Assembly: GCA_001724265.1 (NCBI GenBank)
Contig: MEDY01000045.1
Coordinates: 62,001 to 111,220 of the forward strand
Direction of reading: 5' to 3'
DNA: 49,220 bases
Source of the DNA: Rhizaria sp. SCN 62-66
Taxonomy: Eukaryota
A program made the position numbers and the translations under genes. Below are positions 23,801-32,600 of this stretch, piece by piece. The notes below the pieces were generated by a model. The model saw only the letters and a program-made list of their open reading frames with translations. It was not told where the DNA came from and ran no database searches. Each line of letters starts with the position of its first letter. Within the stretch, counting starts at the first letter, position 1.

Positions 23801-25880
23801 GCAGGCCGTGCAGCACGTCTTCCCCGTCGCCAACTGGCTCTCCGAGTACCAGTCCTTCAAGGTCCTCATCGACGTCTCTGTGCCACGCGGCGCGCTCCCA
23901 GTCGCCGCAGGCTCGCCCTCGGCGCTCCCGGCCTCGAGCAGCGGCTCCAGCGGCAGCGAGCGCCCCTCGCGCGCCTTCAACAGCAAGCTCGCCGAGCGCC
24001 GCGAGCGCACCACGCTCGACCGTTCCGCGTCCAACAACACGACTATCGTGGCGGGCTCCGGCGCCGGCTCTAACGGCAGCAGCTCCTCTGCGAGCGCTGG
24101 CGACGGCTCGAACCTCTGCGCGGCTTGCGGCAGCGACACGCCCCAGCAGTGCGGCTGTCCCGCGCCGCTCGCGGGCCAGGTCGCCGCCGCTCCCCCGTCG
24201 GCCGTCACGGCGTCGGTGGTGCCTGTGCAGCGCGCGGGCCCCGCGGCGACGGCGGACAACTTCGTCGACAGCGACATGATGCGCGCGCCCCGCCGCGGTG
24301 CGCTCACTGAAGGCGGCGGCTGGGCCTCGGGCCACGCCACCGACGGCACCTTCACGGCCTACGGCGCGTCCACGATCGACGTGCCGCCGCGTCTGGAGCG
24401 CTCGTACAAGCTCAACCTCTTCGCGCTGGTGCCCTCCGCGGTCGCCGGCGTCGCATCGGCGCGCGTGCGTGTGCGTTTCCTCAACGAGAAGACGCAGGAG
24501 TACGCCGACTACGTGTTCCTGGTTGCGCCCTCGACGCCCACGCTCTGTGCCGGCGTTGACGCGAGCGCCGTCTCGACCACCGCGGGCCCCATCACGGCCC
24601 CCGCGTCGGCATGGGCCGCGCCCGAGCTGCCGCTGCTCGCCACCGACGTGCGCCAGACTAAGACGCTGCGCCTGGCCTTTGCGAATCCGCTGCCGGACCG
24701 CGCGGTGACGCTGACTAAGCTCACCTGCTCGAACCCGGCCGTGTTCGCGGCCAATGCGGCCAACGTTGGCGCGCCCGTGTTCCCGCTCACTGTGCCCGCC
24801 AACGGCACCGTGACCGTGCCGGTGTGCTTCCGCCCGCTGATGCCTATCGCGCCCGCCGGGTCGGCCAAGGTACTGCTGACGCTGTCGACAGACACGATGG
24901 GCGACTTCACCTACACGCTCCCGCTGCAGTGCCCCAAGAACGCTGACAAGGACGTTGACCTTTCCGCGTGGTCTGTCGGCGCCGCCGGCGTCGTCCCACC
25001 CGAGATGCTCGCGCGCGCGGACGCCATGCTGCGCTTCGAGGCGCCGCTGGGCGAGAGCGTTGTCAAGTCGCACGTGTTCAAATCGCCCTGCACCGTCGCG
25101 ACGACGTACGACGTGTCGATTCTGCCTGTTTGCTCTGGCAAGGTCACTGCTGCCGCCTCCGAGGCCGCGGCCGCGTTTACCGTGTTTGACCCCGCCGCGC
25201 CGACCGTCGCGCTCACCAAGATCTCGGTCCCCGCCGCGGAGACGTCCATGTCGGGCGCCCCCGTGAGCGTGAACCTCCCGGTCTCGGTCCGGTTCGAGCC
25301 CTCCGTGGTCGGCGACGCGTCTGCAATCGTGATCCTCAACAGCCCTCAGGGCGGCGTGTTCATGTGCGCGCTCAACGCTACGGGCGCGGGCCCCAAGCCC
25401 CAGGGCCCGATCTCGCTGACGCCCGTCGCCACGCTCGCCGCGCAGGCTGGCGCCGCGGGCGGCAGCAGCAACAACGCGGCGCAGCAGGCCGCGCAGCAGC
25501 TGCTCGCGCTCGCCCTGCCGCCCACCGCGACCGCATTCACGTCGATCAAGTTTAAGAACGTGTTCAACGCCACGCACACCTTCTCCTTCGCGCTCGACGG
25601 CTCCACCGGCGGCACGCAGGCGTTCGTGATGAGCAAGCGCGCCGAGAAACTCCCCGCCAAGGGCGAGTCGGTCATCGCGGTCGGCTTCACGGGCCCCATC
25701 GCCTCCGCCGCCGCCGCTGCCGCCGCCGCTGCCGCCTCTGCGTCCACACCCGCCGCGGCTGGCGCGGAGAAGCAGCGGCTGAGCGGCGCTGCGGTGCTGA
25801 CGGCGAGCGCGAAGCTTACCGTCACGTGCATGGAGACTCAGCACGTCTGGACCTTCTTCCTGCAGGTGCCCCGCATCTAA
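2804..25880 (+). CDS. HYDIN: HYDIN, axonemal central-pair protein; exons 2804-2815 and 2919-25880, ~7657 aa
   Basis: Many ASH/Ig-like repeats (xDFGx...L.N....P..F...P..G.L.PG). Hydin-like blocks include YPVEIYSVETDRAYLEEEQIL, adenylate-kinase-like VVVGSPFSGQST...GIIIDG, TRWVVPA, FDFGSLLVGK, RPKCHVDLVSSDYL, LDPLTRVIE and C-terminal KLTVTC...WTFFL. The short first exon ATGTCATCGGGC splices in frame (2919 to 2970 is 17 codons). The 5' exon is less certain than the family call. Confidence 0.95.
2816..2918 (+). other. Spliceosomal intron, 103 nt, phase 0 (HYDIN)
   Basis: Donor GTACGTCT, branch-like CTCAC at 2880-2884, acceptor TGCATAG. AT-rich, and removal joins ATG 2804 to the long ORF. Confidence 0.8.
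2861..2873. promoter_or_regulatory. RFX X-box-like motif GTTTCCTAGCAAC in HYDIN intron 1
   Basis: Close match to the 13-bp imperfect palindrome GTTNCCTAGCAAC bound by RFX factors, 57 nt downstream of the proposed start of a ciliary gene. Confidence 0.45.
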
Positions 25881-26407
25881 GCTCACTCATTGGTTTATCC
25901 TTCTGAACGAAGAGTAACTGCAATCCATATTACCGTGTTTCATCTAGTTTATTCTAACAACCCTTTCTTTCTGTCGAATAGTCTCAAGCTACACTCCAAG
26001 CATTCTCAATAATATCAACCATAACACTACAAGTAGACTTCAATTTGTTGTTAAGCTTACACTGTACCACTCAAATACATAATATTACTTTTCATCATCG
26101 ACTGTATAATCTGTGTAGTATGATTTGTCTTTAATGTCTTTTGGAGTGTATTGTGCGTGTTTATATAAGTTTGGACGCGATAGATACATGGCCCTGTTAC
26201 GCCCCATTCGTACTAACTTGCACGCACGCGACACAAGCAAAATATACAGAAGACAGCGCTTAAAATAGTGTTAAAATAGATAACAAGACCATCAGCAACG
26301 AATACCACTTCCACAAAGAAACCTCGACAACAAAGCACAGCAAAAAAAAAGTGAAATACTCGGTGCTGTCGTGGTAGCGGCTGAATGTCATCGTCACCTC
26401 GTCCTGC

Positions 26408-27757
26408 TCACTTGGGGACGGCAAATGTCGGGAAGCCCTTCCACATATCTTCGAGATCCTCCTTCTCGAACATGGTGATGTCTTCGTTGTTGAGCTCGCG
26501 CCAGCGGTTCCACCACTGCATCGACGGCCGCATCGCAGGGTACGTGGCGCGGGGAAAGTTCTCGTACTGGTGGCCCAGCGTCAGCGATGCGCCCAGCCGC
26601 AGGTCCGCCGTCTCGGAGAGGTAGAAAGAGCTCACGCCCAGCGACGCATGCTGCACGGGGGCGTACTTGACCTCGCTGGTGTAGACGCCAGTGGAGGCCA
26701 CAGCCATCGCGATGGAGCCTTGGGGGGCTGTAAAGTTGAGCAAATAAATAAAGATACGAGCGTGAGTGCAGATCAAGTGCGGATTAAAGTAATCATGACG
26801 ATTAAAAAAATTACTAATATTATATGCGATAATAGGTATATGCGTAGACGTACTGGACCACTTGATGCCGGTCTTGGTGGCGGAGTCGAGCTGCCCGGCG
26901 CGCATGCCGACTGAGAACTCGCTCTCCCAAGTCAGCGCGTGGTTCACCCGCTTGTGATACACGACAGAGCAGTGGTCGTCGGCAACCTTAAGCAGCATGC
27001 CTTCGGCCTCCGGGATGGCGAGGATGTTGTCCAGGCCCTTGAAGCCGCGCGGGTCGCCCTCCTTATAGGCGCCCAGCGTTATCTCGGTGCGCGTGTGCGG
27101 GTGGCGCGTCGAGTTGTAGTCGGTCTTAGCGCCCATCATCCAGCCGGGCGCGAGGCGTTGCACGTACGACGCGGCGGCCGTAAGGCTCCCGCGCAGCTTG
27201 CCGCCAAAGCTAGCCGTGAAGCACGAGTCCGCGGTGATGTGCTCACCGGAGAAGCGCACGCGGTCCGGCGTCGAGTCGGCGGCGACGCTGAACTCGACCG
27301 CCGCGGCCGTCGCGGGGGTGATCTTGCCGCCGATCTCACCGGCGATGCGGCCATCGGGTGACGCGAGGGCGACCACGCGCTCAGCAGTGGATGTCTTGTG
27401 GACGCCGAGCGACATCTGCGCGCACTTGCCGGAGAGGCCGCCCATTTCGGCCTTGACGCCAGCGAAAGCGATCGTGTCGAGATCCTTCGAATCGGCGACC
27501 TCGATGGCGAAGCGCGCGCCCTCCCAAGACTGGTTCTGAATAAACGACGCAATAGGGCGGAACGCGTTGTCGTACTGCGGCGGCGCGGTGGGCGGCCCGC
27601 GCATCGGGGACAAGTCCTGAATCGCGCGGGCGCGGGCCATTCGAGCGCGGACTTGTTCGGGGTACGCGATGGCCTCTTCGTAGATGCGTTGGTACTCCTT
27701 CGCGTCCGCAATGGGGTCCATAAGAGGACGCCCCAAGGCGCTGCTGAGACTGCTCAT
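26408..27757 (-). CDS. TOM40: Divergent Tom40-like mitochondrial porin-family beta-barrel; exons 27757-26854 and 26727-26408, 407 aa (alternative ATG at 27721)
   Basis: Tom40-like blocks in the expected order: WEGARFAI, ASPDGRIAG, GEHITADS, ASYVQRLAPGWMMG, YHKRVN, TGIKWSTPQGSI..VASTGV, and the beta-signal RLGASLTL. Confidence 0.75.
   Translation of the reverse strand: MSSLSSALGRPLMDPIADAKEYQRIYEEAIAYPEQVRARMARARAIQDLSPMRGPPTAPPQYDNAFRPIASFIQNQSWEGARFAIEVADSKDLDTIAFAGVKAEMGGLSGKCAQMSLGVHKTSTAERVVALASPDGRIAGEIGGKITPATAAAVEFSVAADSTPDRVRFSGEHITADSCFTASFGGKLRGSLTAAASYVQRLAPGWMMGAKTDYNSTRHPHTRTEITLGAYKEGDPRGFKGLDNILAIPEAEGMLLKVADDHCSVVYHKRVNHALTWESEFSVGMRAGQLDSATKTGIKWSSTSTHIPIIAYNISNFFNRHDYFNPHLICTHARIFIYLLNFTAPQGSIAMAVASTGVYTSEVKYAPVQHASLGVSSFYLSETADLRLGASLTLGHQYENFPRATYPAMRPSMQWWNRWRELNNEDITMFEKEDLEDMWKGFPTFAVPK
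26728..26853 (-). other. Spliceosomal intron, 126 nt, phase 1, in frame and stop-free (Tom40-like)
   Basis: Abrupt AT-rich block within GC-rich CDS. Donor GTACGTCT, branch-like CTCAC at 26766-26762, acceptor TTTACAG. Splicing gives KWS-T-PQGSI. Confidence 0.9.
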
Positions 27758-27947
27758 GAGGGGCAAAGCGGGTGTGTCTGTGACGGTGAACCTGGGCGCG
27801 CTGGCGCGGTGGCGAGGCGCAAGGCCGAAGAGGAAGAGGGCGGAGGCGGGAGCGGGTAGGACCTAGGGCTGGACAGCACTGGAGCAACACACGCGCTCGT
27901 TAAAAGTTGTACGAGTCCAGCTTTGACCTTAAGGTCGGGTGCAGAAG

Positions 27948-28028
27948 CTAGGGTTGTAAGAATGAAGTGCAGGGATGAGAAGGCGGTTAGTCGGGAGGCG
28001 TTGTAAAACTTGACAGCGAACAGCGTAC
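27948..28028 (-). other. Probable 5'-UTR intron of the Tom40-like gene, 81 nt
   Basis: Donor GTACGCT, branch GACTAAC (CTAAC at 27990-27986), pyrimidine-rich tract, acceptor CCCTAG. Branch-to-AG spacing matches the coding introns. Confidence 0.55.
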
Positions 28029-28404
28029 GAAAAGAACTCGTAGCAAGTCAAGAAAGTGTATGTTTAAACTGTTTGTGAAAATAGTTGTTAGGATACAAAC
28101 GTGTAAATTCCTAGTGACAAACAGAATGCCTATACATAAAATGTATTTCGCGTGCAAAGGCCCCAATCATGAGCCCCGGAGTCCTGGGTTTGCTTCGCTT
28201 CTCGGCCGTCCTCTAGTGACTGTGGTCACTTGACTGGGCTTGACCACAAGCAGTTTCTATCAAGACAAAAGCAAGGATTCGACAAGGTGAATTAACTGAT
28301 ATGACGCTACGACTGTGGCGCTAGACCCAAAAAACACTCGAGTGTAATATATCAACGAGATATCTTTCATAGAACGTATATACCCTCGAAAGTCAGTCGC
28401 CATA

Positions 28405-29267
28405 TCAATTGGTCGATCCCGCCCCGCCCTCTGTACGTGGCAGCGCCGAGGCCGCCGCGGCGCCCGCAGCGCCCGCGGGCACCTGCGGGTACGCGGGGGG
28501 GTTGGGCGGCACGTACACGGCCGTCTTGAACCTGCGTGCAACGGTCATAGCCTCCTCGGGCGTCGCGTCGGCGCGGATGTTGAACAGCGACTGGATTTCG
28601 GCAGGCGTCTTCTGGTACATTTGCGAGGCGATGTGCGCGAGAATGAGGCCGCGGAGCGACGGAACCTCGTAGAAGTTCGCAATCTATGCAAAAGAAGCAA
28701 GTGGGCACACGTTAAAACCAGAGATGTTGATGAAGATGAGTTCTAGTGAAGCGATAGCAGATGAGACAAGCAAGAGGATGTCAGAGGTTGATGACAAGAA
28801 CTTGGTTTAGAGCGAGACAACTGTTGTGTGTTGCGTACCAAGAGGAGCTTAAAGAGCGTCTCCTGCGTGGTGTCAAGAAAAGCCCAGTCGAACTCGTCCA
28901 CGAGCGGCTGGAGCGAGTCGGTCGCGATGGGCTTGGGCAGCTCGCGCGGGGGCACCGTGGCGTGGTACTCGATGTACTCGAGGAATTTGACTGCGATGTC
29001 GGGGGAAACGTCCGGGAGCACATGCTCCTCGCTGTTTGGGTCTGTGGCAAGAATGAATTACGTCGTCAAGAAAAGAGGGTGAGACTGGGTGAGTGATGTG
29101 CTGCAAGCACAGAGAAACGGATTCGAAACTCAATAGGGTCAAGAAAGGACTGTGGACATACCAGAGTCAAGGGTTTGAGTCATGAGACCAGACAGGGAAG
29201 CGGCTTTGCGAGAAATCATGAAGCGCGTGCCGTCGGCGCCGACGAGGAAAAGCTGGTCCGAAGGCAT
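28405..29267 (-). CDS. SKP1: Skp1-like SCF adaptor; exons 29267-29162, 29041-28839 and 28683-28405, 195 aa
   Basis: Spliced product MPSDQLFLVGADGTRFMISRKAASLSGLMTQTLDSDPNSEEHVLPDVS..KFLEYIEYH..ELPKPI..EFDWAFLDTTQETLFKLLLIANFYEVPSL..IASQMYQKTPAEIQSLFNIRADATPEE fits the Skp1 POZ and dimerisation domains. An in-frame upstream ATG exists at 29336. Confidence 0.9.
28684..28838 (-). other. Spliceosomal intron, 155 nt, phase 0 (Skp1-like intron 2)
   Basis: Donor GTACGCAA, branch-like TTAAC at 28715-28711, acceptor TGCATAG. Joins LFKLLL|IANFY, equivalent to the Skp1 LILAANYL motif. Confidence 0.9.
29042..29161 (-). other. Spliceosomal intron, 120 nt, phase 1 (Skp1-like intron 1)
   Basis: Donor GTATGTCC, branch-like CTCAC at 29083-29079, acceptor CCACAG. 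Removal restores the Skp1 frame. Confidence 0.9.
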
Positions 29268-29521
29268 GGCCTTAAAGGGGCGAGGAGCAACTGGGTGCCT
29301 GGAGGTGGGGGAAGCGGTACGTGACTGCAGAGGCATATGGCATGAATAAAGTGATCGACAAAGATTTAATTAGCGCAGAATATAAAAAATGGTGCGTCTC
29401 CTATCGCGGAGAAATGAATAGGCTTCATGCCGGACTTTTGTGGAGATACAGGTTCTGGACAACATGAGTTTGAGACCTTGCTCACTTGCCAAAGGTTCAT
29501 GGCTGGTGAGGGGGGGTCGGC

Positions 29522-29565
29522 GACGAAGTTTGAGCACGGACCTCAGGGAAGCTCAAACTTCCGTC
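29522..29565. repeat. Inverted repeat in the Skp1/DEPDC5 divergent spacer
   Basis: GAAGTTTGAGC (29525-29535) and GCTCAAACTTC (29551-29561) are perfect reverse complements with a 15-nt spacer, extendable by GAC/GTC past a 1-nt bulge. Confidence 0.85.
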
Positions 29566-29653
29566 AATTGAAGTGCCACGCAATTTACTTATAGGTATAA
29601 GTATTTTCTAACTATCCTTTAATTTTCATTTCTACCTGTTTGGTTCGTAGCTC

Positions 29654-32600
29654 ATGGATCGTTCGCGCCTGGTGGCCTCTTCGCCTCCCGCAGCGCCGAC
29701 CGACGCCAGTCTCCCGGACAACTCCACATCCACCCAACCACCCACCAGTGGTCTCTTTACTGACCAACCTGCTATGATACCCACTATTGCTTCCGTTAAC
29801 GTTGCCCAGCGTCGTGATGGAGCAACTGTTGTGATCGGAGGGTCGGGCCCGTCGCGTCCTCTTGGCGCAGGTACGTCTGTCTGAAACTTACAACGGTCGA
29901 TATCCTTCATTATGTATCTCTCCATTGCATGACTCTAACGGGAGATCGTGGTTTTTGTGTGAATTTTTCTGTCTGTAGGCTTTGCTCGCGGCTTCCCCCG
30001 CCCCGCTCCGATCGCGACGTTCACCAACTCATCGCCCTCCGCCGCGCTGCTGCCGGCCGTCACCGTGCCCCCCTCCGCAGTCTCCGTCCCAGGCGGCGGC
30101 ACGATGTTGCCCGCGAGCGCCGCGCCCCACGGCGGGGCCCTGGGAGGCCCCCCGCTGCTTGCGCGCGCCGCGACCGTGACTCACTCGCACACGCACAGGC
30201 ACGTCATCACCGCGCCGAGCCCGTCTCAAAGCAGCGGCAGCAGCGCTAACGCCAACATCATCAGTGCATCCGCTGCGGCGCAGCACTACAGTCCCAGCCC
30301 CAGTGCGTCGCCCGCGCACTCGCCGCCGCGCTCCGGTGGCGCCGCGCCCGCGGCGATGATGGGTCCCGCCCGCCCCGACGCGGCTGCGGCCACCGCTGCC
30401 ACCGCTCCCGCCGCCGCCGCGACCAGTAGCAGTAGCAGTAGCAGCAGCAGCGGCGGCGGCAGTGCGGGCTACGGGGGGCGCCTTGGCCCGGCCCCCGGAG
30501 CGCTGCAGGCCGGCGGTGTGGGCACCGTGGGCGGCGGCGGCCTAACTTCCCCCGTGCTCGTCTCAGCCGTGGGCAGCGGTCTCGGCACCGCCGGCATGCA
30601 GACGCGCGTCGTGACGCTGTCGGCACAGGGCGGCGCTTACATGCGCCCGCTAACGACAGAACAGGGACCGCAACAGCAGCAGCAGCAGGCGTTCGGCGGC
30701 GCTCAGCGGGCCCCCGCGCCCGCGGCGCTGGGGGGCGGCGTGCGCGTGGTCGCGACGGCTGGCGCAGGGGCCAGCGCGGCGCCCTTCACGCAGCTGCTGA
30801 CGCGGGCGCAGCTCGGCGGCGGACTCCGGACCAACGCGATCGGCGGCGCGAACGTTGCCAGCGGAAGCATCGTTATGGGTAGCAATAGCAGCTACAGTAA
30901 CAATAGCGCGGGCAGTGGGTCTGCTGGCGGCGGGGGGAGGAGCGCGCTCAGAACCGGCGCTAGGGGCGCCGCGCCCGGAGCTGGCGCGCCGGGCCCCGGC
31001 CAGCTGCCGTCGTTCAAGTCGTCTCTGCACGCATACCGCGGCCCGTCGACGTCGTCGTTTCTGTCGGGCGCCGACGACGACGCCGACGGGCTGGACGCCA
31101 GCACCCCCTTAGTCGATGTAAGTGGCCCAGAAGCGGCCGCGAAGGCGAGCGCGGGTCTTAACATAAGCACGCATAACGAACTGGAAGAGGAGGAGGATGC
31201 GGATACAGATAGCGGAGCACGGCAGTTTGACTCTGCTGACGACGGCGACAGCGACGGCGACGGCGACGACCGCGATGCTGAGACCGACGACGACGGCGAC
31301 GACGGTGAGAGTGATCGCGACATGTACGACGATGAAAACGATAATGACGACGACAACGATGCCAAGCCATCTTCTGCCACGGTGAAGACGACGATCGCTG
31401 ACAGCAACAACAACGTGGATGCACATGCCGAGACAGTGGCCGAGACTGCGAGTGCCGGAGTCGCAGGCGCCGACGACGGCACTGAACCGGGGGCGCTGCT
31501 ATCACCACCCCACGGCGCGTATATCGATGGTGATGCGAATACTGCACAAATTACTGGGAGTGTTGCAACAGACGCGACGCCTGCAGCTGAAAATGCGGGC
31601 TCCATCGCAGACAGCGACATTGCGAACTCAGTCACACCGACGATTGAGACCGCGTCCCCGACTGGGACCACCTCGACCCCGCAGCTACAGCAGCAGCAGC
31701 CGGGGCCGCAGCAGCAGCCGGGGCCCGTGTCGTACTTCTCGATGCAGTCTGGCTTCGGCGCGCGCCGCCGGCCGGTCACGAAGCTGGGTCACCCATCGTC
31801 GTCCATCGTCGCCACGGTTGCCTCCACGGGCGGCCTAGCTTCGCCCGGCGGCGTCGCTTCCGTGGCAGGCGCGTCACCTGGCAGCGGCGCGGCCACCCCT
31901 GGGACTGCAGAAGCTGCTCGCACCCCCGGCACCGATCCAACGCAGCAGCAACAACCGCATCGGAGGCCGCCGCCGTCGCTTAAGTCCAAGGCGGGCTTCG
32001 CGTCGGGCGCCGCCGTAGTGACCATGAGCAGCGGCGTTGGCGCCCCTCTGCCGCCGCAGTCGACGACCCGCTCCGGCGCGCTTGCCAAGGGCGTGTCTGC
32101 GACTCCGGCAGCGGCGGACGACGGCTCCGGCGCCGGCGCCGGTGCTGCTGCTGCTGCTGCTGCGGCGGCGGCGGGGGCTTCGGGCGCTGCGAGCGGCCGC
32201 AGCGGCAAAGACGGCAGCTCCCGCGCCGGCCGCGGCGACCGCTCTAGCGACCGTGAGCAGCAGGCCGTGGCCACCGCTGCCGCCGCCGCAGCCGCCGCCG
32301 CCGCAGCCGCTGTTACGCCCGTGCTGGCCAACGCGAGCACGTTCGCCGCGCAGTGGGGGTACCCGCTGCAGTTCGCGTCGCCGCTGCTCCTGCAGGCCAC
32401 GTTCGACCGGTTCGCGGCCGCGGCAACGGCCACGACGGCGCTGGCCACTGTTGCCACGGAGTCCGCAAATGGTGCCGTCACAGACCATCTCAATGTTGGC
32501 GCGGTTGACTATGCGTTTCCAGCGACACCATTGACGCCCCGCCGCGCCGGCAGCGCTGCGAGTGCTAGCGCGAGTGCTAGAGTCGGCGTCAGCGTGGCTG

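Noticed and set aside
29486-29500. Possible extra Skp1 first exon (ATG AAC CTT TGG CAA|GTGAGC) splicing in frame to 29324
   Set aside because: The donor does not fit the local GTAYGY consensus, the added peptide is not Skp1-like, and an in-frame join has a one-in-three chance. Needs cDNA.
29561-29569. CCGTCAATT matching a universal SSU rRNA primer site
   Set aside because: Only 9 nt match and the flanks are not rRNA-like.
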